Assembly (NCBI GenBank): GCA_037447605.1
Contig: CM074820.1
Coordinates: 2,232,001-2,296,000 of the forward strand
Direction of reading: 5' to 3'
From: Zygnema circumcarinatum SAG 698-1b
Lineage: Eukaryota > Plantae > Zygnematophyceae
DNA: 64,000 nucleotides
Numbering within the stretch: position 1 is the stretch's first letter; each line of letters begins with the position of its first letter. A program made the translations under genes and the position numbers. Under the pieces are notes generated by a model. The model made no database searches and was not told the DNA's origin. It saw nothing but the letters and a program-made list of their open reading frames with translations. This document shows, piece after piece, positions 42,465 to 54,728 of the stretch.

Positions 42465-44239
42465 AATTGACTCAAACTTTCTGTGCATACGGCGGACACA
42501 CTGTAGAGTAACGCTGAGAAATTTCGGTGCAAAAAAGTAAAAGACAAAAACGTTATATATAACGGAGTGGACGTGTGTAGGAACGCAACCTATTGCACGT
42601 GTCACAAAAACGTCCATATCTGAATAGGGAGAACTCTTAACAGACTCAAACGTTTTGTGCATACGGCGGACACACTGTAGAGTGACTCTAAGAAATTTCG
42701 GTGCAAAAAAGTAAAAGACAAAAAAGTTATGTATAACGGAGTGGACGTGTATAGGAACGCAACCTATTGCAGGTGTGACATAAACGTCCATATCTGAATA
42801 GGGAGAACGCCAAATTGACTCAAACTTTTTGTGCATACGGCGGACACACTGTAAAGTGACGCTGAGAAATTTCGGTGCAAAAAAGTAAAAGACAAAAAAA
42901 TTATATATAACGGAGTGGACGTGTACCGGAACGCAACCAATTGCACGTGTCACAAAAACGTCCATATCTGAATAGGGAGAACGCCAAATTGACTCAAACT
43001 TTTTGTGCATACGGCGGACACACTGTAAAGTGACGCTGAGAAATTTCGGTGCAAAAAAGTAAAAGACAAAAAAGTTATGTATAACGGAGTGGACGTGTAT
43101 AGGAACGCAACCTATTGCACGTGTCACAAAAACGTCCATATCTGAATAGGGAGAACGCTTAACAGACTCAAACGTTTTGTGCATACGGCGGACACACTGT
43201 AGAGTGACGCTGAGAAATTTCGGTGCAAAAAAGTAAAAGACAAAAAAAGTTATATATAACGGAGTGGACGTGTATAGGAACGCAACCTATTGCACGTGTC
43301 ACAAAAACGTCCATATCTGAATAGGGAGAACGCCAAATTGACTCAAACTTTTTGTGCATACGGCGGACACACTGTAGAGTGACGCTGAGAAATTTCGGTG
43401 CAAAAAAGTAAAAGACAAAAAAGTTATATATAACGGAGTGGACGTGTATAGGAACGCAACCTATTGCACGTGTCACAAAAACGTCCATATCTGAATAGGG
43501 AGAACGCCAAATTGACTCAAACTTTTTGTGCATACGGCGGACACACTGTAGAGTGACGCTGAGAAATTTCGGTGCAAAAAAGTAAAAGACAAAAAAGTTA
43601 TGTATAACGGAGTGGACGTGTATAGGAACGCAACCTATTGCACGTGTCACAAAAACGTCCATATCTGAATAGGGAGAACGCTTAATTGACTCAAACTTTT
43701 TGTGCATACGGCGGACTCACTGTAGAGTGACGCTGAGAAATTTCGGTGCAAAAAAGTAAAAGACAAAAAAGTTATATATAACGGAGTGGACGTGTATAGG
43801 AACGCAACCTATTGCACGTGTCACAAAAACGTCCATATCTGAATAGGGAGAACGCCAAATTGACTCAAACTTTTTGTGCGTACGGCGGACACACTGTAGC
43901 GTGACGCTGAGAAATTTCGGTGCAAAAAAGTAAAAGACAAAAAAGTTATATATAACGGAGTGGACGTGTATAGGAACGCAACCTATTGCACGTGTCACAA
44001 AAACGTCCATATCTGAATAGGGAGAACGCCAAATTGACTCAAACTTTTTGTGCATACGGCGGATTCACTGTAGAGTGACGGTGAGAAATTTCGGTGCATA
44101 AAAATAAAAGACAAAAAAGTTATATATAACGGAGTGGACGTGTATACGAACGCAACCTATTGCACGTGTCACAAAAACGTCCATATCTGAATAGGGAGAA
44201 CGCCAAATTGACTCAAACTTTTTGTGCATACGGCAGATT
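42465..44239. repeat. 174-bp tandem satellite array, 10 full monomers plus a partial one, highly homogeneous
   Basis: The landmark C(A/G)TACGGC recurs at 42486, 42660, 42834, 43008, 43182, 43357, 43531, 43705, 43879, 44053 and 44227 (spacing 174, once 175). The array is cut by an LTR at 44240. Confidence 0.97.
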
Positions 44240-45316
44240 TGTTAAAGCAGGGGTCTGCTCCCCGCTTCCGGCTCCACCTTGCGTGTCGCCCTCCATTGGA
44301 ACTTGAGTTCCCACTGATGAAGACATTTAACTCTCAAAGCTCTACCTTACTTCACTCATCGCCCATAACTACAGAATGAAGCTTCAAGATAAGCACAGCG
44401 GAAATCACAAAGAGAGAGTGTTAGGAGAAAGCTCACAGCTCTAAAACTCCTTATAATAAAATGTCTTCCCCACAATGAAATTCTTCCACTACTTCAAGGT
44501 CCCTCTTACTCACTACCTCACGACACAAGTGTAGGCAGCCTAGCAGCACGAGCAGGTTCTGAATAAGACCCAAGACTATGATTGAGTAGTGTACGTGGGT
44601 TACTTCCCATAATAAAACTACGCACTATATAATATGGCATCCGTGACGTGACACACATGTCACGTCCCGTCCGCCATTGCAAACCCATGCACCGAGTCTG
44701 AGTGGGCGCACTAAAAAATAGCGACTAGCTAGCTGCTTCGTAAACCTACGGCGGCGCCGACCTAGTTCTTGTCGGATCGTACATCCGTCCGTACTGTTTC
44801 GNNNNNNNNNNNNNNNNNNNNNNNNNNNNNNNNNNNNNNNNNNNNNNNNNNNNNNNNNNNNNNNNNNNNNNNNNNNNNNNNNNNNNNNNNNNNNNNNNNN
44901 NNNNNNNNNNNNNNNNNNNNNNNNNNNNNNNNNNTTAGTGTGTGCCATACAATGTCTAACTATCATACACTAACACTAACAATCCCCCTCTTGGGACTCA
45001 GTTCCTCATGGGCCCTAGCCCAATCAACCTGCTGTTCACTAGTAGTGTCTCCCCGCTGACCCCCTTAGTCAACATGTCTGCAGCCTGCTCTTTTGTTCCT
45101 ACAAACTTCACCACTATCATCCCTTCCTCTACCAACTCTCGCACATAATGATATTGCACCCTAATGTGCTTGGTTCTTTTATGGAATACAGGGTTTTCCA
45201 TAAGAGCTATAGATGACTAGTTGTCCGTAAAAAGAGTCAATGGTGTTTGTGGTCGCTTACATTCATCAAAGAAATGTTGGAACCACATCCCCTCCTTCGC
45301 TGCGTGGCACGCTCCC
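44240..45316 (-). mobile_element. Ty1/copia family A, 3' end: 3' LTR 44240-44981, PPT 44982-44992, RNase H C-terminus
   Basis: The LTR reads TGTTAG...TTAACA on minus with the polypurine tract AAGAGGGGGAT. RNase H has the motif NPVFHKRTKHIRVQYHYVRE. The LTR contains an N gap. Confidence 0.9.
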
Positions 45317-45792
45317 TGTTGGTGCAGGGACTCCTCCACTGCTGCCGTCCGTTCCTCCATTCGGGTCACCCTCCATCGGAGTTCGCGTTCCAATTGATGA
45401 TGACATTTCCAAATCCCTCACATTCACTCATAGCCCATTTTACTCACAGAGTGAATCACAGCAATAATGCACAGCGGAATAACAGAGAGAAAAGGATAGG
45501 AGAAAGCTCCTGGCTCTAAAACTCCTTAATAGTGAATTCACTCATACATTGAGAGACCCCCTCTCAAATCGGCCGCTCAGCAATCTCACAGCTCACTACC
45601 TCGCAGCACGAGCAAGTGTAGTGTCGCAACACGAGCGAACAGCATAACAGAGACTACAACAGCCTGAATGAATTGTTGACCTACACAACAAAAACAAACC
45701 TTAAATACTATGTCACTTCACACGTGACAACATGCTACGAAGCTTCACAACATCGACTAGCGGCCTGCAAGGGCCCTATCCCGATCCTAATC
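45317..45792 (-). mobile_element. 3' LTR (U5 side) of a related copia variant B inserted into the RNase H of family A
   Basis: The RNase H sequence gcacgctccc is followed by TGTTGGTGCAGGG; the uninterrupted copy at ~58000 reads gcacgctcccatgtac. The downstream sequence is similar to, but diverged from, the family A LTR. It ends at an N gap. Confidence 0.7.
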
Positions 45793-45802
45793 NNNNNNNN
45801 NN

Positions 45803-48373
45803 CGCTACCGAGTCCTGCAACTTGGAGCTCCACGAAATCGCTCCACCTCCATACAGGTAAATGAAACCTGAAGTCGAGCGCGATGTATCTACATCACCAC
45901 CCCAATCTGAGTCTGTATAGCCAATCACCCTGGTTGGCCCCCTCTCGTACCTGATCCCATAATCAAGCATCCCTCTCACATATCTGAATATCCTCTTCAC
46001 GGCCTCCCAATGCTCGAGGCCCGGATTCTCCATGAATCGGCAGGCCGAGCTCACTGCTTTCGCCAGGTCCGGACGCGTTCCAATCATAAGGTACATCAGA
46101 CTCCCAATCGCAGACCTGTAAGGCACTCCGAACATCTTCTGCGCCTCTGCTGCACTCGAAGGTGACATCTCCTTCGACAATCTAGTGCCTATCTCCATCG
46201 GGCTGGAGCATGGCCTAGAATCCTCCAAATGGAACCGGGCAAGGACATCCGATGCATACTTCTTCTGACACAAGAATAAGCTGCCATCCTGCCCCCTCTT
46301 CAGCTGCATCCCAAGCAGATACTGCGCCTCACCCAAATCTGACATCTTGAAGTTTGCCTGAAGCAACTCCTTCAAGGAACTGATTCTTTCAAGCGAGAGG
46401 CTCACCATTATGAGATCGTCAACATAGATCCCGACGAACATGATGTCCGCCCCCTCTCCTTGACGGTACACGGAATGATATGTTTCGAATCGGTTGAAGC
46501 CATTCCACCTCAGAAGATCATCTATCTTCTCGTACCACACTTTGGGCGCCTGCTTCAAACCATATAGGCTTTTCACTAGTCGACAGACTAGGTGTTCCTT
46601 TCCTGGGACCACCTTCCCCTCTGGCTGCTCCATGTAGATCTCTTTCGTTAGATCTCCGTACAGGAATGCCGTCTTGATGTCCAGCTGATGGACATGCATT
46701 CCTTCAGCCGCTGCAATGGAAATCAAGGCTCTCAAGGAGTTGAACTTTACCACTGGAGCGAAAGTCTCCACGTAGTCAACTCCATACTTCTGGGCGTATC
46801 CCTTCGCCACTAACCGCGCCTTGTATCTGTCCACGCTTCCGTCTGCCTTCCTCTTGACTTTGAAGACCCATTTGCAGCCAATAGCTCGCCTCCCTTGAGG
46901 CAGCTTCTCCAACCTCCACGTGCCGTTCTCTATCAAGCTGTCCCACTCGCTATCGATCGCCACCCGCCATTTGTCGCCATCGACTCCGTCGTGCGCTTCC
47001 TCAAAGGTCTGTGGCTCCGTGATCATAAAGCAATGGGCAATTCCCACAAGNNNNNNNNNNCGCTACCGAGTCCTGCAACTTGGAGCTCCACGAAATCGCT
47101 CCACCTCCATACAGGTAAATGAAACCTGAAGTCGAGCGCGATGTATCTACATCACCACCCCAATCTGAGTCTGTATAGCCAATCACCCTGGTTGGCCCCC
47201 TCTCGTACCTGATCCCATAATCAAGCATCCCTCTCACATATCTGAATATCCTCTTCACGGCCTCCCAATGCTCGAGGCCCGGATTCTCCATGAATCGGCA
47301 GGCCGAGCTCACTGCTTTCGCCAGGTCCGGACGCGTTCCAATCATAAGGTACATCAGACTCCCAATCGCAGACCTGTAAGGCACTCCGAACATCTTCTGC
47401 GCCTCTGCTGCACTCGAAGGTGACATCTCCTTCGACAATCTAGTGCCTATCTCCATCGGGCTGGAGCATGGCCTAGAATCCTCCAAATGGAACCGGGCAA
47501 GGACATCCGATGCATACTTCTTCTGACACAAGAATAAGCTGCCATCCTGCCCCCTCTTCAGCTGCATCCCAAGCAGATACTGCGCCTCACCCAAATCTGA
47601 CATCTTGAAGTTTGCCTGAAGCAACTCCTTCAAGGAACTGATTCTTTCAAGCGAGAGGCTCACCATTATGAGATCGTCAACATAGATCCCGACGAACATG
47701 ATGTCCGCCCCCTCTCCTTGACGGTACACGGAATGATATGTTTCGAATCGGTTGAAGCCATTCCACCTCAGAAGATCATCTATCTTCTCGTACCACACTT
47801 TGGGCGCCTGCTTCAAACCATATAGGCTTTTCACTAGTCGACAGACTAGGTGTTCCTTTCCTGGGACCACCTTCCCCTCTGGCTGCTCCATGTAGATCTC
47901 TTTCGTTAGATCTCCGTACAGGAATGCCGTCTTGATGTCCAGCTGATGGACATGCATTCCTTCAGCCGCTGCAATGGAAATCAAGGCTCTCAAGGAGTTG
48001 AACTTTACCACTGGAGCGAAAGTCTCCACGTAGTCAACTCCATACTTCTGGGCGTATCCCTTCGCCACTAACCGCGCCTTGTATCTGTCCACGCTTCCGT
48101 CTGCCTTCCTCTTGACTTTGAAGACCCATTTGCAGCCAATAGCTCGCCTCCCTTGAGGCAGCTTCTCCAACCTCCACGTGCCGTTCTCTATCAAGCTGTC
48201 CCACTCGCTATCGATCGCCACCCGCCATTTGTCGCCATCGACTCCGTCGTGCGCTTCCTCAAAGGTCTGTGGCTCCGTGATCATAAAACAATGGGCAATT
48301 CCCACAAGGTCAGCTGAATCTGAAGGCACTCTTCGATGAGGCTTGCCCCTTGTACAATACCCATCTGGTCGCC
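45803..48373 (-). CDS. Copia reverse transcriptase (RVT_2) plus N-terminal RNase H, probably variant B; 45803-47050 and 47061-48308 are duplicate copies across a gap
   Basis: Intact frame: KWVFKVK, YKARLVAKGY, QLDIKTAFLYG, SLYGLKQAP, YVDDL, YRSAIGSLMYL, GYTDSDWGG. Confidence 0.92.
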
Positions 48374-51300
48374 TGCCGGAAGCTGTGGGCTTGCTCCCTA
48401 CCTCCGCGCCACTTTGGGTGTCACCCCATTGAATCCTTGAGTTCCTAATGATGAAGACATTCAAACACTCAAAGCTCTATCTTACTTTTACTCATCGCCA
48501 TAACAATGTAATGGAAGCTACAAGACAAGCACAGCCGAAATCACAATGAGAGAGTGTTAGAGAAAGCTCACTACCTAAAACTCCTTATAATAAAACCGCT
48601 CTTCCGCTTAATGAAGTTCTCCCAATACTCAAGCAACCTCTCACTACCACCACGACACAAGTGTAGCAGCCAGCAGCACGGAAAGGTGCAATGTAATAAG
48701 ACCCGACGGTGACAAAGTAGTGTGGGTGGGTTACTCCCATAATAAAAACTACGACTATATAATATGGCGTCCGTGACGCGACACACATGTCACGCCGCGT
48801 CCGCCATTGCAAACCCATGCACCGAAGTCCGGAAAGTGGGCGCACTCGTGAATAGCGAATCGCTAGCTGCCTCAGAAACCTACTTCTGCTAGCCGCCGTA
48901 ATTCTGAAGTTCTTGTCGCTCGCATCACCGTCTGCATAAGATCGCCAAGCCGGGCCACATCTTCCCGCCGCCGCATACCTCGCCGTGAAGACTGGGAATC
49001 CTCGCTGACCCACATTGCGAGTGGTCCACGGGCGCATTCCGTTCGGGCCGCCAAATATCTTCGCGTCAAGCTCAAGGCCAAGAACTTTGCGCTTCTCCGC
49101 TAAGCTTTCGCGCCGCTGGCCATTAATTCAATCAAAGTCCTCAAGGTTCTGCATTTCATAATCCGCTGCCGCCGACTCATCAGTTGCGCCGTCCGCTCAA
49201 GGCAAGACATTACATGTGTCAGCTGCCAAGGTTCAATCGGGCCAGCCGTTTCATACTCACAGCATGGGCGCACTCACCCGGAAGTCGAAAGTAACCCCAT
49301 TATTCCTAAATCTAAGAGCACTACGCCTAGCGCATCTCATGTTCTACAAACCGAAAATTCACAACAAGTTAGTGTGCCATACAATGTCTAACTATCATAC
49401 ACTAACACTCAACAATCCTCTCTTGGGACTCGCCTCATGGCCTCTAGCCCAATCAATCATTGCTCACTAGTAGTGTGTGTCTCCTCACTCACCCCTTTTG
49501 GTCAACATGTTCTGGCAACCGCTTCTTTTGTTCCTACAAACTTCACCACTATCATCCCTTCCTCTACCAACTCTCGCACATAATGATATTGCACCCTAAT
49601 GTGCTTGGTTCTCTTATGAAACACAGGGTTCTCCATGAGGGCTATAGATGACTGGTTGTCCGTAAAAAGAGTCAATGGTGTTTGTGGTTGCTTACATTCA
49701 TCAAAGAAATGTTGAACCACATCCCTCCTTCGCCGCATGGCACGCCCTTACGTATTCCTTCGCGTTCTACGCCACCTAATCTTGTAACTTCAGCCCATGA
49801 GATCGCTTCCTCCGCTCAGAAATTATTAAATCCTAACGCCGATCGCGGACGGTCCACATCACTCCCCAATCGTGAGTCGTAATTCATCACTCCGTTGGCC
49901 CCTCTTTCAAATCCGAGATCGTAATCCAAGGTCCTTTCATTTAACTGCAACTGGCCACTCTTCCCCAATGTTCGTGACCGATTCTCCATGAACCGAATAC
50001 TTGCCGAGTTTCACTACGGCTAAGTCGACGCAGTACCTATCATCGATACATTAAACTTCCCCGGGATGCCGACCAGACGGTAATTCGCACATTCTCGCAT
50101 CCGCGACTGCCGCCGCATCATATCTCGACATCGTGATTCGACCATCGGATTCTCAACAAGGACGCACTCCTCCATTTTGAACCTGGCAAGTACATCTGCG
50201 GAGTACTTCTTCTGTCAATGATATAAACTGCCGTCCTGCCCCCTCTTCAACTGCATTCATAAGAGATACTGCGCCTCCCCTAGATCCGACATTTTGAAGT
50301 TAGCTTCCAAACGCCGCTTCAAATCATTGATTCTCTCCAATGAGAGGCTCACCATTATGAGGTCGTCCACGTAGATCCCAACGTACATGAGATCCGCCTC
50401 TTCTCCTTGTCGGTACACGGAATGATCCGTCTCGAATCGCGCAAATCCGTTACTCCGCAGGAGGTCATCAATTTTCTCGTACCAAATCCTGGGCGCCTGT
50501 TTCAGTCCGTACAGACTCTTCACAAGACGACAAACGATGCTCTCGCCGACAACTTCTTCGGTCGTGTCGGTGATCTCCTCGGTGATCTCCGCATGTAAAC
50601 GCCAGCCTTGATATCGAAGTTGATGTAATGCAGCATCCCCTGGGCCGCCGCGAATCGATATTAGGGGTACCGAGGGAGTTGAATCTCACCACGGGCGGCC
50701 CCGTGTAGTCGATTCCGTACGCTCACGAAGTCTTCGCCACCACCGCTTCTTTGTATCGTCGACTTCGTCTCGCTTTTCGCTTCACCTCGAATAATCTAAT
50801 TTGCATCCAATGGCCCTCCTTCGACAGCCTCAAGTTTCATGTGCCGCTTCCTCCAAAGAACCGTCCCATTCGCCGCCATTGCCGCCGCCACTTCTCTCTC
50901 CATCGCACTCGCCGTATGCCTCAAAGGTTTTATGTTCGGGTGATCATAAACAGCAAGCGCCCGCGAGGTCCAACAGTTCAGAGGGCACTCTTTCCCTGCA
51001 GACTAGGTTAGTTCAAGGGCCCTGTAGTGATCAGGCCTCCTCACCACACGGGTGCTCCTCCGAGGTCCTTGCGCCTCCGGCTCCTCGTGTTGAAGAAAAT
51101 CCCCGGGACAAACCCGGGAGGCATGCTCGACAACATAGCCTCTCTCACCGCCTCCAAATCCTCGCACTCATGCCCATGCAAAGGTACAGCTGCCTATTCT
51201 CCTCGGCCGGGACGTGTGAGTGTGTAGTGGTGCCGCTCGCCGGTTGGGTGCTCCCGCTTGCGCTCTGCCCAACTCCCACGCCGCCCACGCTCGGGCTGCT

Positions 51301-54300
51301 CGCTCGCCTCGGGCTCAGCGTGGCCGATTCCTCCGGGTTGACCTCGAGAGGCGCCCATGCCTTCTTTGCCGGTTCCACATCCTCGCATACGTCCAAATTC
51401 CTCGCTTTGGGGTGCGGGTCTCACTCTAGCCGAGTCACCGCCCTCTCGCCCAATCGTAACGCCTCGAAGCTCGCGACTTCGCTTGCTCGAGGGTTCCACA
51501 CCCGTAGGTGCGATCGCCCATGTTGTAGCCGGTGAAGGTACCCTTCCACGCTCGGGGTCGAACTTTCTTTCTCGCCGCTTCGCACTGCCGCACGCCAGCC
51601 GCCCAGCGTCTTCGTGGGACACCGTGGGTTTCCTCACACTCCACACCTCTTCAGGAACCTGATCCTTAAGCACAGAAGATGGGCATCTATTTCTAAGGTA
51701 AGTTGCGGTCATCACCGCCTCTCCCCAAAAAGATGCCGAGAAGGGGGAATCTATCAAGATGGTCCGCTATGTCCCCGGCCCTATTGACCCTCTCGCCAGC
51801 CTATTACTTTGAGGGAGTAAGGAGCGTAAAATTATGCCTTATTCCGCTGAAAGCCTTCAAGTACCCGGGCCAAACCTCTTTCTGATTCTGACTTCTCCTT
51901 GTCCGAAAGGCAGCTGTTTTCGCTTCTCAATCGCTTCTCGGCTTCCATCTCGAAGTTCTGCCAATCTCCTAACGCTCCTCAAAGCTCGTGATTTGTACTT
52001 CAGAATTTTCACCCAAATTTTCTCCTCAAAAATCGCCGAGGAAGGTGATGAAGTAGCGAAGCTCCTCCACTCGTTGCCGGTGTCACGGGTCCACACAAAT
52101 CGGTATGAACCAATTCCAGTTTCTCTTGCGCGTGAAATGACTCCTCTCCACTCCTCGAGAAAGGTCTCCTGTGCGCTTTCCCCTCTACACACACTTTGCA
52201 AAAGCCTAGCCTCTTCTCAACTACGCCAACGCCTAACCCAAGCGGACTAGCCCTTTGCAAAGAAGTCAAGCAGTGTAAAATTCCCTATGGTTTAGATGAC
52301 TGCTCATTTATGCCAAAGATTTATCAAGACCCTCGCCATGCCTATCACACCCTCATCTTTCTCTCCTATAATGAAGGTAATACGTGCCTCCCTTCATACC
52401 CTCAATGTAAACCGCCTCCCCGGACTCTAGGTGAGTAGCGCTACACAAGACTTCTCCTTAAAGGTGACTTCGCACTCTCTTACATACTTGACTCAATGTA
52501 TGAAGTTCTCGCTTTCGTGTCGAGGTATGAAGTACGCCACCGGCGCACACAACCGCTTCTTTCTTCTTCAGAGATGATAGAGTCACTCAGGATCATCTTT
52601 AGCTACACTTCCTTTTGTAATCGCCAATTCTCTCCGTTGCCGAAAGTGAATATCCGTCCTTCCAAGGTGTCCAGCCGTAGAGAATATTCGGCTGTCGCCA
52701 CACATGCGGGAAGCGCCAGAAATGACGCCTATACGCTTCTGCATCCGTAACCCGGATCTTCCCAACAAAATCGGGACAGCCACAAGATGAGATTCGCTTC
52801 CACCGCCACTCTGCACTGCGGTTTTGTGGCCTCGCTTGCATTTAAAGTGTATTCCCTTGAATCCCTTTCTAACGGATGACGCATGCTCTCCACCCCATCT
52901 TGGGTGTTCTTGTTTTGTAATACGTCGAGAAGTGGGTCTGCCTTGCCAAGACGTAGTAACACGCCCCCGCTAGGCATGCCTCCCCACGGTTCCGCTTCTC
53001 GCGCACCTCCTCTTCAATCCTTGTCGTGGAGTGCGCTGCCAACACCTTCTCCCTAAGTGCCTCCAACGTTCGACAGTTGTTCTCCTCTTGATCCTCCGCC
53101 ACTTGCTCAAGGGTCACGTTCAAGTAGGAATGTACCCCAAGAGCCGCGAACTGCTACATCAAATCGCCGTGCAGTCCCCTGGGAAATCAAATATTGATTT
53201 TATGGTTCCTCTAATTCAAGTGGTAGCTGCTATAAATCTTCCAGTATTAGAGTATCAAATCTGACCATATATTCACTCTTCCGGGAGGACATCTTCATTT
53301 TCCCAAGCTGCGTGTAAAGGCTGACTATCGTTACGTTATCCTTTACATCATACATCTCCTCTAAGCATCTCCACATAGCATGTGAAGTCTTAAGGTCATA
53401 CAACATGGAAGAGAGGACTTCCCTCACGCCATGACGACCGTGAGGGCCTTGTTGTCCTTGGTCTCCTCTATCCGGCGAAGGCCGTGGTCAACTCCGGACC
53501 GCCCGCCAGGCTCCTCCGGCCGCATCACCGTGCCTTGATGGTGCCGGGCTAACGTATTCAACGCCTTGCCCACGAAAGCAAGCGGGAAATGCCAAAACGC
53601 CATTCCCACCCCTTGTAGTCCAACCATCAACGCCGATGAACTTCACGCGGTCTTCCCTCGCCACCTTGGCTGATACCACTTGTTGAAGCAGGTTTACTCC
53701 CACTTCCTCGCGCCACCTTGGTACGCCTCCATTGGAACTTGAGTTCCCAATGATGAAGACATCTAAACATCACAAAGCTCTATCTTACTTCACTCATCAC
53801 CATAACAATGTAATGAAGCTACAAGACAAGCACAAATGGAAATCACAATGAGAGAGTGTTAGAGAAAGTTCACGGCTCTAAAACTCCTTATAATAAAACT
53901 GCTTTCCTCCCAATAATGAAGTTCTCCTTCCACTACTAAGGTCCCTTCACTCACTACTCACGTATTACTGCGTAGGGCAAAACTTAAGAAGACGAAAGTG
54001 TGCACACTGTAATAAGACCCGGTGACTATGACAAAGTAGTGTGGGCGTGGTTACTTCCCTATACAAAACTATGACCAGAGGGTCAGAGTGAGGCCTGCGA
54101 CGTGACACACATGTCACGCCGCTGGGCCCAGCCATTGCAAACCCATGCACCGAAGTCCGGAGGGGCGCATCAGTGAATAACGACCGCTAGCCGGGCCAGA
54201 AACCTACGCAGCAGCCGCCACCTGTTCTTGCTCTGCCGCATACCCGTCTCTGCATAAAAAGATCGCCAAGCTGGGCCGCTTCCTTCCCGCCGCCACACAC

Positions 54301-54728
54301 CTCGCCGTACACTCAACTCAAGCGGACCCACATGCGCAGTGGTCCGGGCGCATTCCGCTCGGGCCGCTAAATATCTTTCTATAAATGCTTCAAGGCTTAA
54401 CTTTGCTCGCTGTTGCAAGGCCACGCTTAATTACAATCAAAGTTAAGTGCTACGTCTCTGCATTGCCATGAATCTGCGTATCGCCACACCAATCAAAGTT
54501 GCGCGGCCCTCGCTCTCCTCGCCAAGACATGTGTCGGGCCATGCCGCTGGTCTAATCAGCCAGTTGTACTCACAAGACCGCGCACTCAATTGAAAGCCGA
54601 AAGTAACTGCATATTCCTAAATCTAAGAGCACTACGCTTCATGCATCTCATAAGTGTTCTAAACCGAAAATTCACAACAAGTTAGTGTGTGCCATACAAT
54701 GTCTAACTATCATACACTACCACTAACA
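48374..54728 (-). mobile_element. Full-length-size family A copia element nested in variant B pol; sequence indel-rich
   Basis: 3' LTR ~48378-49414 with PPT, RNase H, RT (YVDDL), integrase, Gag remnants, degenerate PBS ending 53678 and 5' LTR 53681-54728. Removing it rejoins the host linker ...RKSSRDRRRPDGY. Confidence 0.8.

Noticed and set aside
42411-44055. Minus-strand ORFs made of a 58-aa repeat (MHKKFESIWRSPYSDMDVFVTRAIGCVPIHVHSVIYNFFVFYFFAPKFLSVTLQCVRR)
   Set aside because: A 174-bp monomer divisible by 3 with one stop-free frame is plausible by chance. A 1-bp insertion near 43245 breaks the frame, and there is no unique N- or C-terminus.
42465-44239. CRISPR-like or RNA-gene array interpretation of the tandem repeat
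   Set aside because: There are no unique spacers (whole monomers repeat), no cas genes, and no similarity I can recognise to 5S, tRNA or snRNA.
45803-48308. Two tandem RT genes
   Set aside because: The copies are near-identical and each starts at an N gap; this is an assembly duplicate.
51925-51945. U2 snRNA-like start ATCGCTTCTCGGC
   Set aside because: It is a short chance match inside integrase coding sequence, and the rest of U2 is absent.
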